Below, in pieces: positions 33,275-46,577 of a stretch of 64,000 bases of DNA; position 1 is the first letter of the stretch; every line of letters begins with the position of its first letter. The stretch comes from a virus. The notes beneath the pieces were generated by a model. It made no database searches and was not told the origin of the DNA. It saw only the letters and a program-made list of their open reading frames with translations. Position numbers and translations under genes: made by a program. The stretch is from positions 37,046-101,045 of the IMG/VR virus record IMGVR_UViG_3300023184_007611, one strand, 5' to 3'.

Positions 33275-34453
33275 ATGAACTTTAAACATTGGCTGCTAAT
33301 CTCTGAAATGGCAATATTTTCACCTAAATATCTTGAAACAAATAGTTTACAGTATTTATCTGAAAAGGCATCAGATCCTGTTTTAAAAGCTAGATATAAA
33401 AGATTGGTATCTGAATGGGATGGCCCTGAAAATAAAAAAGAGCTTAATCTTACTCCAAGTGATGTAACACCTGGCAGTAAAAAAAAGATAAATTGGAAAT
33501 GTCTTGAAAAAGGACATAAATGGGCAGCAACTCTCAACAGTAGAACAAATGGTGGAAATAATTGTTCTTGTTGTTCAAACCAACAAGTTTGTAAAGATAA
33601 TAATTTACAGTATTTATCTGAAAAGGCATCAGATCCTGTTTTAAAAGCTAGATATAAAAGATTGGTATCTGAATGGGATAAAGACAACACATTAACTCCT
33701 AAAGATATTACGCCAGGAAGTGATAAAAAGATAAATTGGAAATGTAAAAAAGGACATATGTGGAAAGCAGAGCTTAGTAGCAGAACAAGAGATGAGAGTA
33801 ATTGTCCTTGTTGTTCAAATTTTAAAGTTTGCGATGACAATAATTTACAGTATTTATCTGATAATGAAGAAGATCTTGGAAAAAGAGAGAGATATCAAAG
33901 GTTGGTATCTGAATGGGATAAAAACAATATATTAACTCCTAAAGATGTATTGCCAGGCACTGGTCAATTTATAAATTGGAAATGTAAAAAAGGCCATACA
34001 TGGGAAGCATCTCTTGTTAGTAGAACAGGATTGAATTTAAAAACTAATTGTCCTATTTGCAATGAATCTAAAGGTGAAGAAGAAATATTTAAAATATTAC
34101 AAAATTACATAAGTCCAGCACAAATTAAACGCCAATATAAAGATATAGATTGCAGAGGAGATTGCCTTCCTTTACCATTTGATTTAATAGTAAAAATAAA
34201 TGACAAAAAATACTTTATAGAATATAACGGTGAACAACATTACAGACCAACATTTGGTTCTACACCCGATGAAAGGCAATCCGTTTTTGAAAAAACTCAA
34301 AGGTATGATAAAGTTAAATTAGACTATTGTAGAAGTAAAAACATTCCTTTTTTGGTAATTCCATATACGCAATATAAAAACATCGACACAATAATAAGCA
34401 GTTTTCTTAAAACAAAAACTTTTGATAGTAAATTCGCAGAATTAGAATTGTAA
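33275..34453 (+). CDS. Leader + 3 treble-clef Zn-ribbon repeats + PD-(D/E)xK endonuclease (tandem paralog)
   Basis: Same architecture; C-terminal domain nearly identical to the preceding gene. Confidence 0.82.
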   Translation: MNFKHWLLISEMAIFSPKYLETNSLQYLSEKASDPVLKARYKRLVSEWDGPENKKELNLTPSDVTPGSKKKINWKCLEKGHKWAATLNSRTNGGNNCSCCSNQQVCKDNNLQYLSEKASDPVLKARYKRLVSEWDKDNTLTPKDITPGSDKKINWKCKKGHMWKAELSSRTRDESNCPCCSNFKVCDDNNLQYLSDNEEDLGKRERYQRLVSEWDKNNILTPKDVLPGTGQFINWKCKKGHTWEASLVSRTGLNLKTNCPICNESKGEEEIFKILQNYISPAQIKRQYKDIDCRGDCLPLPFDLIVKINDKKYFIEYNGEQHYRPTFGSTPDERQSVFEKTQRYDKVKLDYCRSKNIPFLVIPYTQYKNIDTIISSFLKTKTFDSKFAELEL

Positions 34454-34460
34454 ATAAACT

Positions 34461-36197
34461 ATGAACTTTAAAGAATGGTTATTATTATCTGAAAACACAA
34501 ATATTGCTCAATTATTAAAGCAATCCAATGATCCAATAATTAAACAAATTAAATCAAATGTAACAAAACTTGTAAATGCTTTCGCTCACAACATAAAAGA
34601 AAACATCAAATCCACTTTCATTAACTTTTATACTTGGAACTTTTATAATTCAAAAGAATCAAACTTTCAAACACACATTTATTCCACTAAAGATTATTTA
34701 ATGGCTAATTACCAAAAACTAAATTTAACCGATCCAAACTTCACACTTGAACAACTAACACAAGAATCAGATGAATGGCACGAAGAATTAGAAGCAAACC
34801 AAGCAATCCCAGCTAGAGAAGCTGAAACTTTTATAGATTTATCTCATTTAGGATCTCAATGGAAAGGCTGGCGATGGGTTTCCTTAGATCGTTATAAGTG
34901 CGAAATGGAAGCAAAAAGTGGTGGGCATTGTGGTAATGCTGCTGGTATAGAAGGAGATAACATACTATCTTTAAGAGATCCGCAAAATATAGCAAATCTT
35001 ACTTTTATCGAAAATAAAGGAATATTAGGCGAAATGAAAGGCATTAAAAATTCAAAACCATCTACAAAATTTCATCAACCAATAATAGAATTACTTAAAA
35101 ATGACAAAATAATAACCATCAAGGGCGGTGGGTATTTACCAAAAAATAATTTTTCATTAGATGATTTAAGTAATAAAGAAGAAATACTTAAATTAAAACC
35201 AGATTTGGATTTTGTAAACTATAATTCAAAACCAGAAAAAATAAAATATCTTACTGATGAAGACATTGAATATCTATTTGATAAAGCAAAAGACAAAGAA
35301 AAAATAGAAAATTTAGTTATTCAAAATAAACAAGATCTTTCCGATGACAATGTTCACCAGTTACTTAAAAATACAAAAAACACATACGAAATGTCAAAAA
35401 TAATAATTAAAAAGAACCCACAACTTTCTGATGCTATTGTTCTTTATTTACTTGAATTTGCACATGACAAAGACGATATGGCTAAAATTATTTTAAATAA
35501 CAAACCAACAATTTCTACTAAAGATGTTTCTACTTTACTTGATAAAGCAACTAACAAAGACGAAATAGCAAAATTAATTATTGAGAAAAATACAGAATAT
35601 GGAAGTAATAAAGTTGTTAATGATAATAAAATTTATTTCTTACTTTATCATGCAATTGATAAAGAAAGCATAGAAAAACTATTAGGAGCGTACAGCTTAA
35701 ATAAGCTTTTTGATAGTACTGTTGCTGAATTTCTTAAATCTTCTAAAGATAAAGACAAAACGGCAGAAATAATCATAAAATACAAAACAAAACTTTCTAG
35801 TAACAATGTTTATAATTTGCTTCATTTTGCAAAAAATAAAGCAAGTATAGCGAAACTATTAGGAGCATATAATATAAGCAATATTTATGAGTTTGATATT
35901 TCTAATTTGCTCCATTTTGCAATCGACAAAGACAAACTGGCGGAAATAATCATAGATTATAAAACAAATTTTGATAATGAGAGTGTTTATATTTTGCTTT
36001 ATTATGCAGTTAACAAAGAAAATATAGCAAAGCTGTTAGGAACAGATAATATAAACAAGCTCGAATTAACTTCTATTAATCGTCTGCTTGATTTTCCGCC
36101 AGATAAACAAAAAATGGCACAAGTTTTAAATCACTATCACACAAAGAAAACACCAGAAATTCAAGAGCTAATAGATAAATACCTACATGAACTTTAA
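34461..36197 (+). CDS. Leader + PcfJ-like domain + helical repeats
   Basis: WHEEL ... EAKSGGHCG ... ILSLRD; repeated LLxxAxDKxxxAxxI. Confidence 0.62.
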   Translation: MNFKEWLLLSENTNIAQLLKQSNDPIIKQIKSNVTKLVNAFAHNIKENIKSTFINFYTWNFYNSKESNFQTHIYSTKDYLMANYQKLNLTDPNFTLEQLTQESDEWHEELEANQAIPAREAETFIDLSHLGSQWKGWRWVSLDRYKCEMEAKSGGHCGNAAGIEGDNILSLRDPQNIANLTFIENKGILGEMKGIKNSKPSTKFHQPIIELLKNDKIITIKGGGYLPKNNFSLDDLSNKEEILKLKPDLDFVNYNSKPEKIKYLTDEDIEYLFDKAKDKEKIENLVIQNKQDLSDDNVHQLLKNTKNTYEMSKIIIKKNPQLSDAIVLYLLEFAHDKDDMAKIILNNKPTISTKDVSTLLDKATNKDEIAKLIIEKNTEYGSNKVVNDNKIYFLLYHAIDKESIEKLLGAYSLNKLFDSTVAEFLKSSKDKDKTAEIIIKYKTKLSSNNVYNLLHFAKNKASIAKLLGAYNISNIYEFDISNLLHFAIDKDKLAEIIIDYKTNFDNESVYILLYYAVNKENIAKLLGTDNINKLELTSINRLLDFPPDKQKMAQVLNHYHTKKTPEIQELIDKYLHEL

Positions 36198-37899
36198 AAG
36201 CTGGCTATTAATAACTGAAGCAAAGAAATCAAGCGACATTGCCAAAGAACTTCTCGGCAACGATGATTTATTTAAAAAAATAAAATCTATCATTCCAACA
36301 AATATACCAGAAAAATTACAAGGTCAATTACTTCCTATCGCTGCATTCTACTACAACCAAGAAGAACCACAAATTGTGGTTCTAAAAGACTACTTGGAAG
36401 ATTATGCCAATCTTGTAAAAAATCAAAAAATGAACATCATTACAGTAAAAGATGACCTTACTGTTGATGGCGATTTTAAATCTTTTATCCATTGGACTGA
36501 AATAATTGATGTTTTAACCCATGAAGGCAAAGTTATCAATACACCAATACAAGGCGATCTTGAAGGCCAAGAAGTAATCGAACATTCACCAGACCTTAAG
36601 ATAAAGGTTTATCTGGCAAACTCAGCAAATCAATGTATCGTACTCGGCAAAGGTGAATCTTTCTGTATATCAAGACACGGCCCACATAATATGTTCCAAA
36701 CTTACAGAGATACTAAAGTATCAACTTTCTACTTCGTTTATGATAACACAAGAACTGATGACCTTGCAATTACTGTAGTTGATGTAACAGAACATGGTAT
36801 TGAACTTACAGATCGAAAAAACGACACAGCAAAAACTATGCAAGATCCTTATCAAACTACACCAAAAAGAATAACATCAGACCCAGATTTATACTTTAAA
36901 TATTTAAAAGAAAAAGGAATTGATACAACTGTATTCAAAAATATACCAAAATCACCAGAAGAAGAAGCCGAACAGGAAAAATTAGGTAAAACAAATTATA
37001 ATTTAAATTGGTTTAAAGCACTATCACCAATAGAAAAATCTAATTACATAGGAAGAGTACATAGACTTTCAGATCCTCAATTTGATTACATACACGATAA
37101 CAATATTGCTTCATTATTAAAACAATATGTTAAGACTGGTTTGAAACTTGAAAATTATCAGCTTAAAAAAGTTATTGCTAAAAAAGAATTAAAAGATATT
37201 TATTTACATAATAGATTGATATTAGATAGGCAAAATGAAGATCTTTCTAAAGAAGAATTTAATTTATTTACACCAAAACAACAAGAGGAGTTTTATAATG
37301 TTACTGATGAATTAAAAATTCACAAAGCTCTTCAAATTGAAGACTTTTCTCTGGTAACAGAATTGATCGAAAAAGGACAAAGCGTCCCATATTATGCTGC
37401 TGGTCACGCAATAAAGGCAGATAGACTTGACCTATTAAAATATTTTGTAAAACACGGTATGATATTACAAGACTCTAATTCGATTATGTATGCAGTAAGA
37501 TATGGCAGGCTTGATATTTTAAAATACTTGATTGAAGAAAAAAATATTAATGTAGTCCCAACTGATATCGAAGAAGCTTTTAGAAAAGATAATGTTGATA
37601 TTATAAGATACTTAATTGATGAAAAAAAACTCCGCATGCCTTATAATGCTGTTGATATTGCAGCAAGTAATGGAAGTATTAATGTTTTAAAATACTTGAT
37701 TGATGAAAAAAATAAAATTTTTACATCTAGTAATGTAAAATCTGCAAGCCTTTCTGGAGAACTTGATGTTTTAAAATACTTTTTTGATGAAAAAAGTTTT
37801 ATGCTAGAACCTAAAGATTTTCCATTTACTATCAATAATGCAAAAACACAAATAGTTAAAGATTATTTAATACAAAAACAAAAAGAACAAAATAAATAA
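36187..37899 (+). CDS. Leader + GxGxxFCIS domain + ankyrin-like repeats
   Basis: Paralogous to 17852; C-terminal AxxxGxLDILKYLI repeats. Confidence 0.72.
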   Translation: MNFKSWLLITEAKKSSDIAKELLGNDDLFKKIKSIIPTNIPEKLQGQLLPIAAFYYNQEEPQIVVLKDYLEDYANLVKNQKMNIITVKDDLTVDGDFKSFIHWTEIIDVLTHEGKVINTPIQGDLEGQEVIEHSPDLKIKVYLANSANQCIVLGKGESFCISRHGPHNMFQTYRDTKVSTFYFVYDNTRTDDLAITVVDVTEHGIELTDRKNDTAKTMQDPYQTTPKRITSDPDLYFKYLKEKGIDTTVFKNIPKSPEEEAEQEKLGKTNYNLNWFKALSPIEKSNYIGRVHRLSDPQFDYIHDNNIASLLKQYVKTGLKLENYQLKKVIAKKELKDIYLHNRLILDRQNEDLSKEEFNLFTPKQQEEFYNVTDELKIHKALQIEDFSLVTELIEKGQSVPYYAAGHAIKADRLDLLKYFVKHGMILQDSNSIMYAVRYGRLDILKYLIEEKNINVVPTDIEEAFRKDNVDIIRYLIDEKKLRMPYNAVDIAASNGSINVLKYLIDEKNKIFTSSNVKSASLSGELDVLKYFFDEKSFMLEPKDFPFTINNAKTQIVKDYLIQKQKEQNK

Positions 37900-37902
37900 A
37901 CT

Positions 37903-39168
37903 ATGAACTTTAAAAGCTGGCTAATACTATCTGAAAATATAATCGTAAAATGGCAAAAAGATGATGCTGTTTTGATTCCTGCTAAAGATGTCATTTCTTT
38001 TGATTTTTATTATCAATGGGATAAAGGACATTCTGAATACTTTATAGGTGCTTTTAAAGCTGAAAAAAATGGCTACTCTTCAATTGGTGCTAAGTCAACT
38101 CATGTAGGCATAATTAGAAATTCTCCCCTTCATGCTGGTTCAGGAGCAGATTATGGGTTTATTAAAAACTTAATACAAATAATTCAAAAAAATGGATTAA
38201 AACCCATTCCTTATAAAGAAGAAGGTACATTCATTGATAAACATATTTCTAATGCTGAAAAAGAAATAGGACAAAAACTTGATGTAGATCTAGTAAAAAC
38301 TGGCTTTACAACTGGCCAAGAATTACCTGATTTTGAACTAGGACAATCTGCCACTCATCAATTGACAAAAAGTGTTTCTGTTTCTAGAGCTACAGGATCA
38401 TGGGCACAATTCTTTGAAACTATTGATGCAACATCTTTAATTAATAAACTTGTAGATTTTATGGAACAAGCTGCAAAACCTTTGTTAGATAATGATCTGC
38501 TAGACTTTATTGAAATTATTAATAGAAAAAGCGGAAACCACAGAACAATTTATTCTTCTAAAGGTAAAAAAGATTCAGAAGACTGGAAGGCTAATAATAT
38601 TAAAGCTGTATCTCAATTAAAATTTTATGTTGATAAATACTTAACCAATGCTCCTTTTTTAAAAAAAGAATTACTAAAAATAATAAACATAGAAGGATCT
38701 AAAAATGCAGATAAATGGTTCGGGGCAAAAGCAGTACCTAAAGATTATGCGTTACCATTAGATAAATTGTTTGAATTAAACAACAACTCATATGCAGAAG
38801 ATAGTATTATTGATGCGTTTCTTAAAGCAATAAATAATCAAGATAAAATAGAACAATTGGAAATTCTATCAAAAAATCAAAACCTTGATTCCGTTTATTA
38901 TTTAAAGAGTTATTTTTGGGCTAACGAATTCTATGAAGATATGTTTACATCTGATAATATTTTTAATTATCTTATTAATGTTTATGAAATAGTTGTTAAA
39001 CATGGAAAAGCACTTAAGTCTGCATTACAAGAACATTTTGATTACTTCTTGAAAAATATCAAAGAATCATTAGAAGAAGCTTTATCTGATAAGCCTTTTT
39101 TAAGCAAAAATAATATTAAATATTTATCAGAAATAGCTCCTGTTATAGGACTTAAAATTTTACAATAA
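37903..39168 (+). CDS. Leader-bearing hypothetical protein
   Basis: MNFKSWLILSE; no recognisable domain. Confidence 0.65.
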   Translation: MNFKSWLILSENIIVKWQKDDAVLIPAKDVISFDFYYQWDKGHSEYFIGAFKAEKNGYSSIGAKSTHVGIIRNSPLHAGSGADYGFIKNLIQIIQKNGLKPIPYKEEGTFIDKHISNAEKEIGQKLDVDLVKTGFTTGQELPDFELGQSATHQLTKSVSVSRATGSWAQFFETIDATSLINKLVDFMEQAAKPLLDNDLLDFIEIINRKSGNHRTIYSSKGKKDSEDWKANNIKAVSQLKFYVDKYLTNAPFLKKELLKIINIEGSKNADKWFGAKAVPKDYALPLDKLFELNNNSYAEDSIIDAFLKAINNQDKIEQLEILSKNQNLDSVYYLKSYFWANEFYEDMFTSDNIFNYLINVYEIVVKHGKALKSALQEHFDYFLKNIKESLEEALSDKPFLSKNNIKYLSEIAPVIGLKILQ

Positions 39169-39175
39169 ATAAACT

Positions 39176-40201
39176 ATGAACTTTAAACAATGGCTATTAA
39201 ATGAAACCTTTAAACAGACCCCACTGTTAAAGAATCTACATGATTATTTAACAAAACAACACATAAGCGATAAACAATTCATGATTGAATTCTTGAATTG
39301 GTTTGATGAACATCAAGATGATTTAAGAGAATTAGAAGTAGATTGGAAAGATGCAAAAAAACCATATGTACTAGACCATGAAACAAACCAAGAATATGAT
39401 CCTGAAGAAGCTGATGATCATCAATATGCAACTAAGGAATTCTATACTTCAGCAATAGAAATGTATTTAAACGATACATTGAAATTAAACTTAAATAAAG
39501 ATTTTAAACATGTCCAAAAAATAAAAGAGTTTTTAGATAAACCAGAAAATTACTATTTTCTCAGTAGTTTTAAAGAATATATACTTCATAATTATATAAA
39601 CTTTGAAGATTCCATGGACCAAACTTCTGGACATAGATTTTATATTTTTAAAAAATTATTAAATCCAAATAACTGGCTTCTACATTTTACAAATAATGCA
39701 GAATCTATTAAAAGAAATGGATTTAAATTTGGCGTGACAAATTTTGATGATCTGCCTCTTACTAGAATATATGGCTACGATAGAAATAAAGCTGGATATA
39801 ATTTTGCATACCTTTCTAAAGATTATCACACCTCAGACATACCAACTACATATTTAAATACTCATGATCATAAAGAATCTCCAAATAGCGGACTTCTTAT
39901 GTTTAAAAGCTCTGGAGTTCTTGTAGATAATCTTGCAGATCACAATGAGGAAGTTATATTTGATGGAAGTAGTATAAATCCAAAAAATATTGTCGTAATT
40001 AAACCAGAGCGAAGAAAAATATTATTTGTTAACAACCCAGAAAATGGTGGTAAAACAGATGTGTCACCACAAGATAATTATGAAAAATGGATCGTTAAAT
40101 CACAAAACTCCAAATTACCAGACCCTTTCTCTGGTACTATTCAAGATGCAATTCAATGGGTAAAAAATAATTGGAATACTAGTAAAAATATTATATTATA
40201 A
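39176..40201 (+). CDS. Leader + putative ADP-ribosyltransferase-fold domain
   Basis: LLHFT..AESIKRNGF, GYNFAY, EEVIF match the H...Y...E ART strand pattern. Confidence 0.5.
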   Translation: MNFKQWLLNETFKQTPLLKNLHDYLTKQHISDKQFMIEFLNWFDEHQDDLRELEVDWKDAKKPYVLDHETNQEYDPEEADDHQYATKEFYTSAIEMYLNDTLKLNLNKDFKHVQKIKEFLDKPENYYFLSSFKEYILHNYINFEDSMDQTSGHRFYIFKKLLNPNNWLLHFTNNAESIKRNGFKFGVTNFDDLPLTRIYGYDRNKAGYNFAYLSKDYHTSDIPTTYLNTHDHKESPNSGLLMFKSSGVLVDNLADHNEEVIFDGSSINPKNIVVIKPERRKILFVNNPENGGKTDVSPQDNYEKWIVKSQNSKLPDPFSGTIQDAIQWVKNNWNTSKNIIL

Positions 40202-40393
40202 AACTTAATCTGTTGACAATATATAAATTATTAAAGTTTTTTAGATATAAAGAAAGAAACAATGGATTCATTTAAAAATTTTTTAAAAAAGAGAACTTGA
40301 GGCTTCAGATTTTTTAAAAAGTATAGCAAAAAGAGTTTTTGAATTTGGATTTAAATAATATATAATTTAAACTTTAATTAATGATTATAAAAT

Positions 40394-42790
<2,397 letters not shown>

Positions 42791-42804
42791 AGGGAGAATC
42801 AAAA

Positions 42805-43680
42805 ATGGAAACTTTTAATAATTTTGTAAATAAAAAAAATATTAAAGTATATAATGAATTTTTTAATTTTAGAAAAAATTTATTAGTAAATAATGAATAT
42901 ATTGTTGACCAACAAAACAAAAAAATTATTGAAAATTCCTTATCTGATTATTTAAGCAAAGACAATCCTACAAAAGAACTATTAAAAGATTTATCAAGCA
43001 AAGGTTATTCTTATAAAAACTTTCCACTAGAAGAATTGCAGAAAATAGTACTGCTTTTCTTGCATAAAAATAGCCCAAAAGAAATTGAATATATCATGTC
43101 GCCTTTATCAAGAGATTTTTCTGAAAGAAATCCATTTGCAATTAACGATTCTTTTGCTGATTTGATGCTGAACCCTTCTTTTCAAAGAAGTTTAATTGAT
43201 AATTTAGATGATTATAAAAAATACAATGGGAAAATTAAACAAATATTTGATTTATTAATTGATTGGGTTCTTTTTAAATTAAAAGGAGAAGATTACATCA
43301 AATTTATTCTATATTTAAATGATGATGAATTAGAATATGTTTTTGAAACATTATATAAATATAATTACGGCACGAAAATAACAATTGATAATTTATTTCA
43401 ACTAATAAATACTAAAAAAAATGCTCCAGCATCGTATTTTGAAAGATTAATAAATGCATTTGTTACTAATAGAAATACAAATGATAAAGAAATTGCAATT
43501 TTGGAAAGATTTATCGAACAATACAATAAAAACAATCCCAGCGATCCCATCAATCCAGTTAATTTTGATGACTTAAGAATGAAAAATTTTACCAAAAAAA
43601 GACCATCTGCTACAGATTCATTAAAAGCCATAGGCGTTTCTTTTTTAGCAAACATGGCAAATAAATTTAAACTTAAATAA
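42805..43680 (+). CDS. Hypothetical protein (leader-like METFNNF)
   Basis: GGGAG SD; 291-aa ORF. Confidence 0.6.
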   Translation: METFNNFVNKKNIKVYNEFFNFRKNLLVNNEYIVDQQNKKIIENSLSDYLSKDNPTKELLKDLSSKGYSYKNFPLEELQKIVLLFLHKNSPKEIEYIMSPLSRDFSERNPFAINDSFADLMLNPSFQRSLIDNLDDYKKYNGKIKQIFDLLIDWVLFKLKGEDYIKFILYLNDDELEYVFETLYKYNYGTKITIDNLFQLINTKKNAPASYFERLINAFVTNRNTNDKEIAILERFIEQYNKNNPSDPINPVNFDDLRMKNFTKKRPSATDSLKAIGVSFLANMANKFKLK

Positions 43681-43703
43681 TTTTTTAATGTTAAAAGCGT
43701 GAT

Positions 43704-44060
43704 TTGAGAAAAAAAATTGCAAATACAAGATTTTTAAGTAATAACAGTTTGGAAAAAATAAAATTTAAAAAATTTGAATTATCAAATGAGCTAGAAGCTA
43801 AAAATAAATTAATTAATTTTATTGAAGTAAGGCTAGAAGATAACACTTATATAAGTGCTTTTGAAATATATAATAAATTTAATGATCTTCTTACAAGTGA
43901 AGCAAAAACAATAAAAAGAAAAATTAAAAATTTTGAAAAAAATGAATTAGATAAAAAATCTTTTATTAAAAAAATCCAAGTTAGATTATCTAAAAAAATT
44001 AAATTATTTAATGAAATAAATAAAGAAATTTCAAATTCATGCACAAATATATCTAATTAA
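43704..44060 (+). CDS. Small coiled-coil protein
   Basis: TTG start; basic N-terminus, heptads, terminal SC. Confidence 0.45.
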   Translation: MRKKIANTRFLSNNSLEKIKFKKFELSNELEAKNKLINFIEVRLEDNTYISAFEIYNKFNDLLTSEAKTIKRKIKNFEKNELDKKSFIKKIQVRLSKKIKLFNEINKEISNSCTNISN

Positions 44061-44119
44061 CTTGCATAAATATCATTATTAATATTATAATAATCGTAAC
44101 CCTAACCCTATGGATTACG

Positions 44120-46561
44120 ATGAATAAAATATCTAATCACGAATTGAAAAGTAATAATCTGGTGAAGAAACTTGCTTTATTTTATAGAAAAAATAATAAT
44201 TACCCATGTCGCAAAGACAATTTAGCTTTATATAATTTTTTACTAACTAAAAGAAGCGTCTTTAAAAGTAAATCAATTAAAAATAAAATATATCCTTCGG
44301 ATATAGAAGTTGCTAAACTACACGGACTTCCAGATGATTGGCTATCCACTAAAAATGAACAAGAATTGAAAAGTAATAATCTGGTAAAGGAACTTGCTTT
44401 GTTCTATAGAAAAAACAATGATTATCCATGTAAAAAATCTAATTCAATTTTATATTATTTTTTACAGAATAAAAGAAGAAGCTTTAAACATAAATCAAAT
44501 AAAAATAGAAATAAAAATAGAAATAAAATATATCCTTCAGATATAGAAGTTGCTAAATTACACGGACTTCCAGATGATTGGTTCTCAACTAGTAATGAAC
44601 TTGAAAGTAACCAAAAAATAATCAAAATTGCAGAACATTTTAAAAAACATGGAACTTATCCTTCTAGAAAAACATTATTAGGCAAACACTTAACTAACAA
44701 ACGATCTAGTAAAGATGGAACATATAAAATATATCCATCAGATATAGAAGTCGCTAAAGCTCATGGACTTCCTGATGATTGGATGTTACTCATCAATCGT
44801 GAATTTGAAAGTAACGAAAGAATAAAAGAACTTGCACAAGAATTTGTAAGACTTGGAAATTATCCTAATCGTAATACTAAACTTGGACAACTACTAGCAT
44901 GGAAAAGACACATATATAAAAAATACATTATTGGCAAACAAAAAAAATATAAGGCTCTTTGGTATCCTTCAGATATAGAAGTAGCTAAAATTCATGGACT
45001 TCCTGATGATTGGCTCTCCATTAGCAATGAATTTGAAAGTAATCAAAAAGTAATTGAAATAGCACAATACTTTAAAACACATGGAGCTTATCCTGATTAC
45101 AATTGTAAAATTGGAGTTTCATTGTCAAATAAAAGACTAAGTTATAAAAAACACACTAATAGTAAAAAATGTAATCTCAAATGGTATCCATCAGATATAG
45201 AAGTCGCTAAATTACACGGACTTCCAGACGATTGGATTATAAATACTGATCTTGAAAAGGAAAGTAATCGAAAAGTAATTGAAATAGCACAATACTTTAA
45301 AACACATAATGATTATCCTGATTACAATTGTAAAATTGGAGTTTCATTGTCAAATAAAAGACTAAGGTATAAAAAACACACTAATGGTAAAAAATTTAAT
45401 TCCAAATGGTATCCATCAGATATAGAAGTCGCTAAAGCTCATGGTCTACCAGATGATTGGATTATCAATAATAATTTTGAATTAGAAAGTAACCAAAAAG
45501 TAATATTATTAGCACAAGAATTCACTAAAATTGGAAACTATCCTGATATAAATTCTACAAATGGAAAATTCTTAAAATATAAAAGAAAAGCATTCAAACA
45601 CTATACCAATAAAACTAAATCAAAATATAAATGGTATCCATCAGATATAGAAGTCGCTAAAGCTCATGGTCTACCAGATGATTGGATTATCAATAATAAT
45701 TTTGAATTAGAAAGTAACCAAAAAATAACTAAAATAGCACAATACTTTAAAACACATGGAATCTATCCCAATAGTAAAATTGGGATTGGGAGATTTTTAA
45801 AAAATAAAAGAAAAGCATTCAAACACTATACCAATGGAACTAAATCAAAATTAAAATATACATGGTATCCTTCAGATATAGAAGTCGCCAAAGCTCATGG
45901 GCTTCCTAACGATTGGATGCTGATTATTGATTTTGAAAAAGAAAGTAATCAAAAAGTAATTGCACTAGCACAAGAATTTAAAAAAATCGGAAACTATCCA
46001 GACAATTATTCTTTAAATGGAAGACTGTTGATTACTAAAAGACAAGCATTCAAACACTATACCAATGGAACTAAATCAAAATTAAAATGGTATCCTTCAG
46101 ATATAGAAGTCGCTAAAGCTCATGGGCTTCCTAACGATTGGATGTTAGTTAAAAAACAAAAATCATCATTAGGAGAAAGAAAAACAAATTTTATACTCGA
46201 AAAATTTAACATTAAACCAATACAACAGTACAGACATAAACTTTGTGTCAATAAATTGTGCCTGCCTTTTGATTTCTATTTCAATAAAGATAACTTACAC
46301 TATTTCATAGAATACAACGGAGAACAACATTATAAACCAATCTACGGAAAAACACAAATTATAAAAAAAGAACATTTAAAATATGTTCAAACAAACGACC
46401 TAATTAAATTAAACTTCTGCAAAAAAAATAACTACCCACTTCTAGTAATACCTTATTGGATAAAAGATTTCGAAAACCTTATATCAGAATTCTTAAAAAC
46501 TACACAATTTGATCCAAACTTCGCTCAACCAATTATTCCAAATTTACCTGAATTAAATTAA
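44120..46561 (+). CDS. Nine ~75-aa helical repeats + C-terminal PD-(D/E)xK endonuclease
   Basis: YPSDIEVAKxHGLP(D/N)DW x9; SLGE ... LPFDF ... IEYNGEQHY. Confidence 0.8.
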   Translation: MNKISNHELKSNNLVKKLALFYRKNNNYPCRKDNLALYNFLLTKRSVFKSKSIKNKIYPSDIEVAKLHGLPDDWLSTKNEQELKSNNLVKELALFYRKNNDYPCKKSNSILYYFLQNKRRSFKHKSNKNRNKNRNKIYPSDIEVAKLHGLPDDWFSTSNELESNQKIIKIAEHFKKHGTYPSRKTLLGKHLTNKRSSKDGTYKIYPSDIEVAKAHGLPDDWMLLINREFESNERIKELAQEFVRLGNYPNRNTKLGQLLAWKRHIYKKYIIGKQKKYKALWYPSDIEVAKIHGLPDDWLSISNEFESNQKVIEIAQYFKTHGAYPDYNCKIGVSLSNKRLSYKKHTNSKKCNLKWYPSDIEVAKLHGLPDDWIINTDLEKESNRKVIEIAQYFKTHNDYPDYNCKIGVSLSNKRLRYKKHTNGKKFNSKWYPSDIEVAKAHGLPDDWIINNNFELESNQKVILLAQEFTKIGNYPDINSTNGKFLKYKRKAFKHYTNKTKSKYKWYPSDIEVAKAHGLPDDWIINNNFELESNQKITKIAQYFKTHGIYPNSKIGIGRFLKNKRKAFKHYTNGTKSKLKYTWYPSDIEVAKAHGLPNDWMLIIDFEKESNQKVIALAQEFKKIGNYPDNYSLNGRLLITKRQAFKHYTNGTKSKLKWYPSDIEVAKAHGLPNDWMLVKKQKSSLGERKTNFILEKFNIKPIQQYRHKLCVNKLCLPFDFYFNKDNLHYFIEYNGEQHYKPIYGKTQIIKKEHLKYVQTNDLIKLNFCKKNNYPLLVIPYWIKDFENLISEFLKTTQFDPNFAQPIIPNLPELN

Positions 46562-46577
46562 TATTAATATATAAGCT

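Noticed and set aside
31812-33840. Antisense ORFs over the Zn-ribbon genes
   Set aside because: Mirror the repeated sense codons; no independent motifs or SD
31852-37899. Diversity-generating retroelement (TR/VR pairs)
   Set aside because: No reverse transcriptase in the window; differences between duplicated segments are not visibly adenine-specific
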